From Candidatus Eiseniibacteriota bacterium (GTDB lineage Bacteria; Eisenbacteria; RBG-16-71-46): a DNA stretch of 64,000 bases. Below, in pieces: positions 19,760 through 28,643 of this stretch. The notes beneath the pieces were generated by a model. It searched no databases, was not told the DNA's origin, and saw only the letters and a list, made by a program, of their open reading frames with translations. The translations under genes and the position numbers were made by a program. Position 1 is the first letter of the stretch, and every line of letters starts with the position of its first letter. Where the stretch lies: positions 672,001-736,000 of the forward strand of contig CAVSAC010000014.1 in assembly GCA_963725865.1 (NCBI GenBank), written 5' to 3'.

Positions 19760-20137
19760 TCAATCGGTGTCGGGGCTGTATGCCTTGAAGGTGATGGCAA
19801 GGGCGACGACAAAGAGGAAGCCTTCCAGAACCATGAACGTCATTGAGTTGGTGCTCTGCGTTGCCTGCCGATACTGACTTGCCGCAAACATACGGACCAG
19901 GCCAAGAACCAGGAAGAACCAGCCGGAGAGAGTGATGAGAACGGACCAGTTCCGTGCCCAAACGTTGTGCGCTCGCACGACGGCCAAGCCCGCGACGAAC
20001 ATGAGGACGCCGGAGAGATAGATGACCGGCGGGATCTGAGTGTCGTAGAGGTGAGGCTGAACAAGCGGGAACTCGGAGACGAGCATTGCGACCAGGGTGG
20101 GCCCCACGAGCGCGCCGACTTGTTTGGAGTTCGCCAC
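19760..20137 (-). CDS. Membrane protein (cassette 7)
   Basis: GTG start, four TM segments, bounded by attC sites. Confidence 0.7.
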   Translation of the reverse strand: MANSKQVGALVGPTLVAMLVSEFPLVQPHLYDTQIPPVIYLSGVLMFVAGLAVVRAHNVWARNWSVLITLSGWFFLVLGLVRMFAASQYRQATQSTNSMTFMVLEGFLFVVALAITFKAYSPDTD

Positions 20138-20162
20138 AGAAGCCCTCCGCGGTATTTGTGCG

Positions 20163-20222
20163 GCCCAACGCTCCGGTTCAGCGACGGCGCGCAGCGCCGT
20201 CCGCTGCATGCCGTTGTTGGGC
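20163..20222 (-). mobile_element. attC: attC site (60 bp)
   Basis: GCCCAAC...GTTGGGC with internal inverted repeat. Confidence 0.9.
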
Positions 20223-20274
20223 GTTCCAGACACGACGCCGGCAAGCCGAAATGGTGCCTGACCAACGCCTGCCG

Positions 20275-20757
20275 TCACTTCGTCGACTTCCGGCGTGGCC
20301 GCCGCTTGGATGCAGACGACTGAATGATGAGCTTTCCCTGCCCCTTGGATGGCAAGGGAACCGTCGCGTGATCAATCGCGGCGACGATCAGCGCCTCCAC
20401 GTCGGGATGTCCCAACTGGCCTGCCGCGTCGACCCGAATGAAGCGGGTCTGCTTTCCCGATCCCCGCAGAAGCTTCTTCGGGTCGGGCAACTGCGGTCCA
20501 TGTGACAGGTACAGAAGCACGCCGTCGGCACGTGCGGCGATCGCCACAATGGCCTCGATCCCTCGGTCCGTCGGCGAGTATCCGATAACGACGGAGTCTG
20601 GATAGTCGTACGCCAGCTCGTTTACGGTCGGGAATCGTTTGCGTACCGCAGCCCGGACCGATCGAAAAACCTTCTGCTCCTTCGGATCAAACCTGTTGAT
20701 GAACGATCGGAGCTCGGCCTCCGGGGAAAGCTCCCTGCCATCGGGTTTCATTGTCAC
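20275..20757 (-). CDS. DUF1801-like protein (cassette 6)
   Basis: ELAYDY...VIGYSPT...LPDPKKLLRGSGKQTRFI. Confidence 0.75.
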   Translation of the reverse strand: MTMKPDGRELSPEAELRSFINRFDPKEQKVFRSVRAAVRKRFPTVNELAYDYPDSVVIGYSPTDRGIEAIVAIAARADGVLLYLSHGPQLPDPKKLLRGSGKQTRFIRVDAAGQLGHPDVEALIVAAIDHATVPLPSKGQGKLIIQSSASKRRPRRKSTK

Positions 20758-20798
20758 TGCAGCCTCCCGGTCGTTCTCAGCAGTTCGTCATCAGATAC

Positions 20799-20954
20799 GC
20801 CCAACGCCTCGGCGCTCACCTGCCGGTCGCCGTCTTGGTCCCGGAGTGTCGCCCGACGGCTGCCCCGCGTGTCAACAGCAGCCCGGGGCGGCCGGCGGCT
20901 GCCTGGACCGCCGGCTCGCAGCCGCGGCCGGGCAGTTGCAGCGCTTTGTTGGGC
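20799..20954 (-). mobile_element. attC: attC site (156 bp)
   Basis: GCCCAAC-aaagcgctgcaactg...caggtgagcgccgaggc-GTTGGGC. Confidence 0.8.
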
Positions 20955-20964
20955 TGCGAACTCG

Positions 20965-21327
20965 CTAGTCGAGATACCAGCTGACGAAGCCACGAAACGC
21001 AGGAGAGAGGCCGACGCTGGCCCACCACGCCCCGATACCCAGCGCCCACAATAGAAGCGGGAACCGCACGCGTTGTCTGAAATAGCGCGCGACCGCGATC
21101 GCGACAGGAGCTGCGAGCACTGTTGGCAGCACGATCAGCATTGTGAAGCCTGCAATTTCGGCGTGAGTCCATGCTGATTCGGACAAGGAGTACGACTCGC
21201 CGTACGTAAGCACGCGGCCCACCTCGTAGGTGCAGCGCAAGGCGGCCGACCACTGCACGAGAGTGGAAACGAGTGGTATTGCGGCCAAGGCGTAGGCCAA
21301 TGCGAGAGCGATCGTCGCGGCGCTCAT
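20965..21327 (-). CDS. Membrane protein (cassette 5)
   Basis: Three TM segments; ends WYLD; bounded by attC sites. Confidence 0.65.
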   Translation of the reverse strand: MSAATIALALAYALAAIPLVSTLVQWSAALRCTYEVGRVLTYGESYSLSESAWTHAEIAGFTMLIVLPTVLAAPVAIAVARYFRQRVRFPLLLWALGIGAWWASVGLSPAFRGFVSWYLD

Positions 21328-21345
21328 ACGCTGCAGCTCTTCGCA

Positions 21346-21466
21346 GCCCAACGGATTGCGCTTAAGCTGGCGGCCCGCCGGCGCCGCACACAAGATAGAT
21401 GGCTTCCATTTGGCATTCCGCCCGAAGCGGCGCCAGCGGGCCGCCAGCTTCAAGTGCATGTTAGGC
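21346..21466 (-). mobile_element. attC: attC site (121 bp)
   Basis: GCCTAAC-atgcacttgaagctggcggcccgc...gcgggccgccagcttaagcgcaatcc-GTTGGGC. Confidence 0.88.
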
Positions 21467-21478
21467 GGCTCGCTGTCG

Positions 21479-21898
21479 CTACTCCTGCTCAAAGAACAAC
21501 GCACGCGCGTCGGGCGGCCAGTCCATGGCTCGGTTCGTACGCTTGTCCACGCATGCCACGACCATCAGGCACCGAGAGAGGGGCGTGCCGGCTTCATCGC
21601 TCATGGCACACTCGATGTGCGCGTCAGGGCCCTCAAACTCACGGACGAACGAGGAAATGGTGATTGCCTGGTCACCGACAACTGGCTTCAGGAAATCCAC
21701 CTCCATTCGCCGTACCCAGGTCATGAACGGGAGTGTCCCTAGAGTTCTCAGGTCCCAACCGGCGTTTTCGCGAAGCCCAATCATGCGGTGATCCACGTAA
21801 TAAGCCGAGTAGAGGGCAGTACGAAGGTGATTGTACGGGTCCAGGTCGGAAAAGTTGATTCGGTGGGCGGTCCTGTAGACGACCGGTCGCATGGGCAT
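21479..21898 (-). CDS. Acyl-CoA thioesterase, 4HBT-like (cassette 4)
   Basis: FSDLDPYNH motif; hotdog-fold pattern. Confidence 0.82.
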   Translation of the reverse strand: MPMRPVVYRTAHRINFSDLDPYNHLRTALYSAYYVDHRMIGLRENAGWDLRTLGTLPFMTWVRRMEVDFLKPVVGDQAITISSFVREFEGPDAHIECAMSDEAGTPLSRCLMVVACVDKRTNRAMDWPPDARALFFEQE

Positions 21899-21978
21899 GG
21901 GCCTTCCCCTCCTGTCGCACTGGCCCTACTCGGATGCCGGAACGGTGAACGCCATCGTCGCCCTGCCTATGGTGAGCC

Positions 21979-22113
21979 GCCTAACGGATCGGCGTTCAGC
22001 TGCGAGCCATAGCGCCTCCGCGGCTCGATCGAACCGCGCCGGTTCGACGCCAGACGGTACCACGGGCCGATTGAGGCACGCTGTGGCTCGGCAGCTGCAG
22101 CGCCTTGTTGGGC
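21979..22113 (-). mobile_element. attC: attC site (135 bp)
   Basis: GCCCAAC-aaggcgctgcagctg...cagctgaacgccgatcc-GTTAGGC. Confidence 0.85.
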
Positions 22114-22130
22114 GGCAGGCCGTCGCATCC

Positions 22131-22583
22131 TCATGCAAGGGAGAGCCTCCCCGCGGTTGGCTTGCCGCCATAGAAGTGCCAGTCCCCGTGGTGGCAGAAG
22201 TTGATGAACCAATCGAGTGCCGGCGTCGTGAGGTAGTAGTTATCCTCGAATCGCTTCGGATCCCGGAAGTGCATGTGGCCTACCACGAGGTCGTGAACCG
22301 GATACGCGGAGTCGAGGGCGAGGGGCGAGAACCGGCGACTGCGTGGGACTGAGCGCCACCCAGCAATCTGATCGTTGAACGCGAGGAGGCATTGCGGCCG
22401 GCTCGACGCGATATGTCGCTCGGTGACGCGGATCAGGCGCTCGACGCTCGCACGCTCGGAGAGACGCCGCTCGATGAGTCGGGAGCAGCGACCATCGTAG
22501 AAGTACCCTTGGGTATCGAAGGGGAAGCGCCGCTGGAGCCCTGCGAAGAACTCCGACTTCTTCAGGAAACGCACGCGTGCCAC
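22131..22583 (-). CDS. Hypothetical protein (cassette 3)
   Basis: GTG start with GAGG RBS; FCHHGDWHFYG; bounded by attC sites. Confidence 0.6.
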   Translation of the reverse strand: MARVRFLKKSEFFAGLQRRFPFDTQGYFYDGRCSRLIERRLSERASVERLIRVTERHIASSRPQCLLAFNDQIAGWRSVPRSRRFSPLALDSAYPVHDLVVGHMHFRDPKRFEDNYYLTTPALDWFINFCHHGDWHFYGGKPTAGRLSLA

Positions 22584-22601
22584 CTCGGTGCCGTTCCTGC
22601 C

Positions 22602-22659
22602 GCCCAACGAATAAGTTCAGCGGCCGGCGTAGCCGGTCCGCGGCAACGCCTTGTTAGGC
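22602..22659 (-). mobile_element. attC: attC site (58 bp)
   Basis: GCCTAAC-aaggcgttgccgcggaccggc...gccggccgctgaacttattc-GTTGGGC. Confidence 0.88.
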
Positions 22660-22832
22660 CGCTCTTGCCTCTGTGAATCACGAGCACCTCGACGACGGTC
22701 GGACGAGGGATGCTTGGCCAAGGAACAGGGTTAGATTCTCGCGACGCTTACCGACTATGAGCCGAACAGTTCCCCGCCGTTGAGTGCGACCTGGCTCGCA
22801 GCGGCGGGCAAGGGTACCGACAGCACTGGGGT

Positions 22833-23024
22833 TCAGGCCTTAGCTCTTGTCATGAATGCCCAGATGAAGCCGACCAGCGCGGCGCCGCATGCCGCGCCAC
22901 CCCCGGAAAGCCCGACGACTTGAACACTTCTCACGTCTTGAGAGAAGCGAACAATCGCACCCACGCCAAAAAGCACGAGCATCGCCAAGACGGCCAGATT
23001 CGGTTTAGAGCGTTCCATACACAT
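22833..23024 (-). CDS. Small two-TM protein (cassette 2)
   Basis: RBS AAAGGA; two hydrophobic helices. Confidence 0.6.
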   Translation of the reverse strand: MCMERSKPNLAVLAMLVLFGVGAIVRFSQDVRSVQVVGLSGGGAACGAALVGFIWAFMTRAKA

Positions 23025-23120
23025 TTCCTTTCACGATTGCATTCGCGACTCTGTCGACATATTCGACACTTCCGTATTCCATGCTTGAAGGCTGCGGCAT
23101 GAGAGTACCGGTCCAGAGCG

Positions 23121-23178
23121 GCCTAACGCTCAGCATCAGCCGCGGCCGCAGGCCGGCGGTTGCATGCTGAAGTTAGAC
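23121..23178 (-). mobile_element. attC: attC site (58 bp)
   Basis: GTCTAAC-ttcagcatgcaaccgccggcc...ggccgcggctgatgctgagc-GTTAGGC. Confidence 0.9.
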
Positions 23179-23188
23179 ACGATCAACG

Positions 23189-23659
23189 TCATTCACGGAG
23201 GGCCAGGGTAACCCGGACGCCGCCATCGTTGTAGGACGGGCATCCACCCTTGAAGACTCGGTAACGTGCGTCGTATCCCAGATCCTGACGTGGGTACCCC
23301 GGCGCGCTTACGGTGAGAATGTAGCTCCCGCCTGACGTAGCAAAGCCGCACGGTATGCGGCAGGCGAGAGAGTCGCCTTGGACCTCCACGCCGTAGCTCG
23401 GACCTGCGAGGAGCCGGCGCAGGTCCTGCTCGATCCCATCGAGCCGCACATTCCTTATCGCTACACTTCCGATTGGCGCGCCCGTCTGGGTGTCATGAGC
23501 AGCGACGATCTGCAGCAGGGGCTCGCGGTACGTATGAACGCACGGCCCGGCCACGCCGTCACAACCCACGAGAACTGCCGCCACGGAGACAGCTGCACCC
23601 ACTTGCCCCCACCGTCTCCAAATCTTGACCTGCCTGCGCGGCACTTGCGTTGCTCGCAT
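23189..23659 (-). CDS. Putative lipoprotein (cassette 1)
   Basis: Lipobox LVGC; YILTVSAPGY (carboxypeptidase-regulatory-like). Confidence 0.65.
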   Translation of the reverse strand: MRATQVPRRQVKIWRRWGQVGAAVSVAAVLVGCDGVAGPCVHTYREPLLQIVAAHDTQTGAPIGSVAIRNVRLDGIEQDLRRLLAGPSYGVEVQGDSLACRIPCGFATSGGSYILTVSAPGYPRQDLGYDARYRVFKGGCPSYNDGGVRVTLALRE

Positions 23660-23674
23660 GTCGCAGCCCTCAGT

Positions 23675-23740
23675 GTCTAACGCGAAGTGGCCGGACCGGC
23701 CGAGGCAGTTCGCCTGACCAGCCCATGCACGGTCGATCGA
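23675..23740 (-). mobile_element. attI: Putative attI site (crossover G/TTAGAC)
   Basis: GTTAGACAC precedes cassette 1 and complements that cassette's GTGTCTAAC. No upstream RYYYAAC partner is present. Confidence 0.6.
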
Positions 23741-23843
23741 GTTTCGTTCTCGCTCCATCTCACTGCGCGTCGTCTCATTCCAGGCTCCTCACGTTGGTCC
23801 GCTCCATTAGATAGGCTGCGAACAGTTCCCATTCTGCGTCCGC

Positions 23844-24893
23844 CTACAGCCGATCCGCCGGGCTCACCACGCCGCGGCCTCCGCGATTGAGCACGTGGGT
23901 GTAGATCATGGTCGTGCTCACGTCCTTGTGCCCGAGCAGCTCCTGCACGGTCCGGATGTCGTAGCCGTCCTCGAGCAGGTGGGTTGCGAACGAGTGCCGA
24001 AGCGAGTGGCACGTGGCGCGCTTCGACAGCCCGGCGGCCAAGACGGCCGACCGCAGCGCGCGCTGAAGAACCGTCTCGTGCAGGTGGTGCCGCCGGACCT
24101 GCCGCGTCGCGGGGTGGACGTACTGCCGCGTTGCGGGGAACACCCACTGCCACGGCCATTCGCGGCCGGCGTTCGGGTACTTGCGGTCCAGCGCCTCGGG
24201 CATCTCCACCCACCCGGCGCCCTCGGCCAAGTCCCTCGAGTGCTGATCACGCACCGACTCGAGGTGGTGCCGAAGCGCCGCCACGACTCCGCGCGGCAGC
24301 ATCGTCCGGCGATCGCGAGCGCCCTTGCCTGCGCGCACGGTGATCTCGCCACGGGCGAGGTCCAGGTCCTTGACGCGAATCTGCAGGCCCTCGAGCAACC
24401 GGAGCCCGGAGCCATAGAGCACGGTCGCCACGATCCGCGGGACGCCGTCCATGCGATCGAGCACGTCGCGCACCTCGTCGCGCGTGAGCACGACGGGCAG
24501 TCGATGCGGCGCCTTGGCGCGCACCACGCCGTCGAGCCACTCGAGTTCGCGGCCGAGCACCTGTTGATACAGGAACAGCAGCGCGCTGAGCGCTTGGTTC
24601 TGGGTCGACGCGCTCACCCGGCGCGCCGTGGCGAGATGCGAGAGGAACGCGGTGATCTCGGCCTCGCCCATTTCGGACGGGTGGCGCTTGCCGTGGAACA
24701 GCACGAAGCGCCGAATCCAGCCGACGTACGCTTCCTCGGTACGCCGACTGAAGTGCCGGACCTGGATGGCCGCCCGCACGCGGTCGAGCAACCGCGGAGG
24801 TGGAGGTACGGGGCGTTCGCGTACGTAGAGCCCCGCGCGTGCGTCAGGCGGCTGGAACGAACTCACAATCGACCCACGACTCATCACGTCCAT
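23844..24893 (-). CDS. intI: Integron integrase
   Basis: [26 protein letters not shown] and [16 protein letters not shown]; integron-specific insert [21 protein letters not shown]. Confidence 0.96.
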   Translation of the reverse strand: MDVMSRGSIVSSFQPPDARAGLYVRERPVPPPPRLLDRVRAAIQVRHFSRRTEEAYVGWIRRFVLFHGKRHPSEMGEAEITAFLSHLATARRVSASTQNQALSALLFLYQQVLGRELEWLDGVVRAKAPHRLPVVLTRDEVRDVLDRMDGVPRIVATVLYGSGLRLLEGLQIRVKDLDLARGEITVRAGKGARDRRTMLPRGVVAALRHHLESVRDQHSRDLAEGAGWVEMPEALDRKYPNAGREWPWQWVFPATRQYVHPATRQVRRHHLHETVLQRALRSAVLAAGLSKRATCHSLRHSFATHLLEDGYDIRTVQELLGHKDVSTTMIYTHVLNRGGRGVVSPADRL

Positions 24894-25006
24894 CGGTCTC
24901 GTTCTCCCGGGAGCGTGGTCGGCGCAGTATAGACGCACGCCAACCCAGCCGATAGCGGTGCCCTGGATGACCGCGGGGCGATGCGCTTCGCGGAGTCGTC
25001 GCGCCC

Positions 25007-26815
25007 CTACCCGCGCCAGCCTCCACCTTCGCGATCGTCTCCGCAGACTCGCCACCGGCTCCGGATACCCCGGCTTCCACGTCGCGTCGATCCCCAGCGG
25101 CCCGCGCGCCGACAGCCACGCGCCCGCGCACCTCGACGCTCGCCGGCACCACGTCGCGCGCGCAGTCGAAGCGCGTGAACCAGCCCCACAGCAGCGTGGC
25201 GTCGTCGGCCAGGTCGATGTCTTCGCTCACGGCGACGAGCAGCGGCACGTCGGCGTACTCGGCGCGGCGTACGAGTCTCTCGATCACCTCGCGCCCGGGC
25301 GTGGTCGCAGCGCGCGGAGCCTCGTCCGCCCGCCACCCGGCATCGGCGCCACCGACCGCCCCGCGCACGCGCACCACCAGCACGCCGCCCCACGCCAGGC
25401 GCCAGTCGAGCACGCGCTCGTCGAAGGCGCGCGGGTCGGCGACCTCCCGCAGCGGCTCGCGCAGCGAACGCCCGGCCTTGCTCTGCGCGTCGAGCACCAT
25501 CTTGCTGCCGAGGTTCATGGTGTACGAGGTGAAGTCGAGCGTGTCGAGCGGCACGCCGGGGATCATCAGCAGGTCTTCCGACGCGTCGAAGTTGCGCGCC
25601 AGCGCGCCGAACACGGCCTGCCGGTCGCGCGGGTCGACGGTCGGGATCCACCAGCACCACGCACTTGGTGAGCGAGAGCTGTCCGGTGCCGAGCAGGCCG
25701 AGTGCCGTCTTGCGCGCCTCGCGCGCGAAGCGATTCTCGACCGAGACCACGAGCAGGTTGTGGAAGCCGGCCTCGAAGTACGCCCACAGGTCCACGATCT
25801 CGGGGTGGATCACCTTGAGCACGCCGGTGAACATCTCCTGCACCGCCTCGCCCATCCACAGGTCCTCCTGCGGGGGCTTGCCGACCACGCTGGCCTGGAA
25901 CACGGGGCGCTCGCGATGGGTCACGTCCTTCACGTGGAACACGGGAAAGTGCGCGGCGTGCGAGTAGTGCCCGAAGTGATCGCCGAACGGGCCCTCGAGC
26001 CGCCGCTCGCCGGCGGGCACCACGCCCTCGATCACGAACTCGGCGTCGGCGGGCACCATCATCGACAGCGTGCGCGCCTTGGAAAGCCGCGTGGGTGCGC
26101 CGCGCAGGAAGCCGGCGAACGCCAGCTCGTCGATGCCCTCGGGCAGCGGCGCGACCGCGGCCAGCAGCGTGGCGGGATCGGCGCCGACGGCGACCGCGAC
26201 CTCGAGCCCGGCGCCGCGCTTCTCGGCCTTGTGGAAGTGGAACCCGCCGCCCTTGCCGATCTGCCAGTGCATGCCGGTGGTCTTGCCGTCGTAGACGTGC
26301 ATGCGGTAGATGCCGAGGTTGCGCTTGCGCGTGTCGGGATCCTCGGTGAACACGAGCGGGAACGTGACGAACCGCCCGCCGTCCTTGGGCCACAGCTGCA
26401 GGATGGGCAGCGACGCCAGGTCGGCGCCGAGCGTATGCGTCTGCGCGGGCCCGCGCTCGAGGCGCTCGGGGCGGCTCGCCAGCACGCGGCGCGCGGAGCC
26501 GCGCAGCGCCCACAGGTCGCCGAGCGCCTGGGGCGGCAGCGCGTGGAACAGCGTCTCGATCTCGGCGCCGACGGCGCGCGGCGAGCGTCCGATCGCCCAC
26601 TCGATCCGCCGCCGCGCCGCCAGCACGTTGACGGCGAGCGGAAAGCGCGCGCCGCGCACGTTCTCGAACAGCAGCGCGGGGCCTTCGCGCTTGGCTTCGC
26701 GGCAGGCGATCTCGGTGACCTCGAACGCCCAGTCGACCTCGCGCCTGACGCGCTCGAGGTCGCCGCGCTTCTCGAGGTCGGCGAGGAACGCGCTCAGCGT
26801 GCGAAAGCCGTTCAT
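25007..26815 (-). CDS. ubiD: UbiD-family (MqnL-like) decarboxylase with frameshifts near 25645, 25125 and 25045; 3' end approximate
   Basis: [21 protein letters not shown] and GKPPQED; continues in other frames ([28 protein letters not shown]). Confidence 0.85.
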   Translation of the reverse strand: MNGFRTLSAFLADLEKRGDLERVRREVDWAFEVTEIACREAKREGPALLFENVRGARFPLAVNVLAARRRIEWAIGRSPRAVGAEIETLFHALPPQALGDLWALRGSARRVLASRPERLERGPAQTHTLGADLASLPILQLWPKDGGRFVTFPLVFTEDPDTRKRNLGIYRMHVYDGKTTGMHWQIGKGGGFHFHKAEKRGAGLEVAVAVGADPATLLAAVAPLPEGIDELAFAGFLRGAPTRLSKARTLSMMVPADAEFVIEGVVPAGERRLEGPFGDHFGHYSHAAHFPVFHVKDVTHRERPVFQASVVGKPPQEDLWMGEAVQEMFTGVLKVIHPEIVDLWAYFEAGFHNLLVVSVENRFAREARKTALGLLGTGQLSLTKCVVLVDPDRRPARPAGRVRRAGAQLRRVGRPADDPRRAARHARLHLVHHEPRQQDGARRAEQGRAFAARAAAGGRRPARLRRARARLAPGVGRRAGGARARGGRWRRCRVAGGRGSARCDHARARGDRETRTPRRVRRRAAARRRERRHRPGRRRHAAVGLVHALRLRARRGAGERRGARARGCRRAGRWGSTRRGSRGIRSRWRVCGDDREGGGWRG

Positions 26816-27087
26816 GGCGCGCTGTCCTCCGCGGCGGGGCGGACGGCGGCGCGCGCCGGCGTGGTGTCGGCCGCGGTGGTGTCGCCGAGGGCGGCGGCGG
26901 CCGCCACGCGGCGCGCCAACGCGCGCTCCTCGCGCACTCGTTCGTACTTCTCCTCGCGCCGCAGCGACACCGCGCGGCGCCAGTCGAGCAGCCGGCCGGC
27001 GTACCGGCCGTAGATCAGCATCACCACGATGCCGACCACCACCGCGAGCACCGCGCCGAGCGCGACCCGCGAGCGCCAGTCCTTCAC
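26812..27087 (-). CDS. Small single-TM protein
   Basis: GTG start overlaps the ubiX stop; its own stop overlaps the ubiD start. Confidence 0.6.
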   Translation of the reverse strand: MKDWRSRVALGAVLAVVVGIVVMLIYGRYAGRLLDWRRAVSLRREEKYERVREERALARRVAAAAALGDTTAADTTPARAAVRPAAEDSAP

Positions 27088-27638
27088 TCCAGCTCCTGTT
27101 CGCGCCAGCCGGGACCGGCGTCCTCGCCGAGCAACGCGAGCAGCTTGGTGGTGAAGCCGCCGACCAGCGCGTCGAGGTCCTTGGGATTGCCGTACCACGG
27201 TGGCGAGATCGGCATGATGATCGCGCCGTCGCGCGAGAGGCGCGCCATGTTCTCGAGCGCGATGGTCGACAGCGGGGTCTCGCGCACGCACAGCACCAGC
27301 CGCAGGCGCTCCTTCAGCGCCACGGCGGCGGCGCGGGTGATGAGCGTGTCGGCGATGCCGGTGGCGATCTTGGCCAGCGTCGAGACGCTGCACGGCGTGA
27401 TCACGTATGCGTCGTAGCGGTTGCTGCCCGAGGAGAACGGCGCGGCCAGGTCGGTGTCGGCGAAGGTCTTCTTCACGTGCGGCGCGAGGTCGCCGGGCTT
27501 GAGCCCCAGCTCCGAGGCCATCACCTGGCGCGCCCAGTCGGACATCACCAGGTACTTCTCGCCCGGCAGGCGCTTGATCAGGTCGACGCCGTAGATGCTG
27601 CCCGAGGCGCCGGTCATGCCGATCAGGTAGCGCGCCAT
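27084..27638 (-). CDS. ubiX: Flavin prenyltransferase UbiX
   Basis: IGMTGASGSIYG, PCSVSTLAKIA, LITRAAAVALKE and RETPL. Confidence 0.93.
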   Translation of the reverse strand: MARYLIGMTGASGSIYGVDLIKRLPGEKYLVMSDWARQVMASELGLKPGDLAPHVKKTFADTDLAAPFSSGSNRYDAYVITPCSVSTLAKIATGIADTLITRAAAVALKERLRLVLCVRETPLSTIALENMARLSRDGAIIMPISPPWYGNPKDLDALVGGFTTKLLALLGEDAGPGWREQELE

Positions 27639-27640
27639 CT

Positions 27641-28552
27641 CTAGAGCCCCCCGGTCACCAGCCGCGCGACCAGCACCATCGCGAACACGCCGGCGCTCAC
27701 CCACACGTTGACCTTGAAGAACGCCAGGTTCACGTCCTCGGCCCAGTGCTGCTCCAGCTCCAGCATCGCCACGATCACCGCCCACACCGCGCCGACCGCG
27801 AGCAGCCCGGGCAGCATGGGGCCTTTCGTCGACGACTCGAGCACCGCCAGCGCGGCGCCGGCGAGGGCGAGCGCCGCGAGCCGGTGCAGCCACGCCGAGA
27901 CCTGCAGCGCGCGCGCGCGACCGAGCCACACCACCATCGAGTGCACGCCGTGGTCGCGGTCGAACTGCTCGTCGAGCGTGCCGTAGATGATGTCGAAACC
28001 GGTGCCCCACAGCACCGCGAACGCGGCGATCCCGATCGCGGGCCACGGATGCGAGAGGTCGGGGTGCGCGACCGTCCAGCCGGCGAGCGCCGCCAGCGAC
28101 ATCGCGAGCCCCACGCCGACGTGGCAGAGCGGGGTGAAGCGCTTGAGCCAGGGATAGAGCGCGAACACCGCGAGCGGGATCGCCCCGACCTTCACGTACA
28201 GCGGCCCGAGCGCCACGCACGCGGCGAAGTACGCGGCCAGCGCCAGCGCCAGCAGCGCCCAGCCCTCGATCACCTTCATGCGCCCGGAGGGCAGCTCGCG
28301 CACCCGGGTGCGCGGGTTGAGCGCGTCGATCCGGTGGTCGATCAGGCGGTTCATCGTCATCGCCGCGGTGCGCGCGCCGACCGCGGCGAGCGCCGCCAGC
28401 GCCCAGCGCGCGGCGCTCATGGCCTCGCCGCGCTGGCTGAAGATGCCGGCCAGGATGAGCGGCAGCGAGAACAGCGTGTGCTCCAGGCGCACGAACGACG
28501 CGTAGGTGCGCAGGCGCTCGGCGGGGCGGATGGAGGCGGTCGTGGAGGGCAT
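27641..28552 (-). CDS. ubiA: UbiA-like prenyltransferase (MqnP-type)
   Basis: EHTLFSLP, NRLIDHRIDALNPRTRVRELPSG and GFDIIYGTLD. Confidence 0.9.
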   Translation of the reverse strand: MPSTTASIRPAERLRTYASFVRLEHTLFSLPLILAGIFSQRGEAMSAARWALAALAAVGARTAAMTMNRLIDHRIDALNPRTRVRELPSGRMKVIEGWALLALALAAYFAACVALGPLYVKVGAIPLAVFALYPWLKRFTPLCHVGVGLAMSLAALAGWTVAHPDLSHPWPAIGIAAFAVLWGTGFDIIYGTLDEQFDRDHGVHSMVVWLGRARALQVSAWLHRLAALALAGAALAVLESSTKGPMLPGLLAVGAVWAVIVAMLELEQHWAEDVNLAFFKVNVWVSAGVFAMVLVARLVTGGL

Positions 28553-28643
28553 GAGGTGTCCCCGGGCGCGACCCATCGCGCGACGGGTGGCTCAGAGTAG
28601 GGCGTCGCGGCCCGCGCGTCGAGCCTTGCAGCGGCGGCCGTCG

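Noticed and set aside
22763..23830. 12-bp repeat CGAACAGTTCCC at 22763 and 23819 as an ECF promoter
   Set aside because: Spacing to a TCTAA-like -10 does not fit in either copy; may be chance.
25926..25941. TCCTTCACGTGGAACA as parS in ubiD
   Set aside because: Only one good half-site, and it is explained by the VFHV codons.
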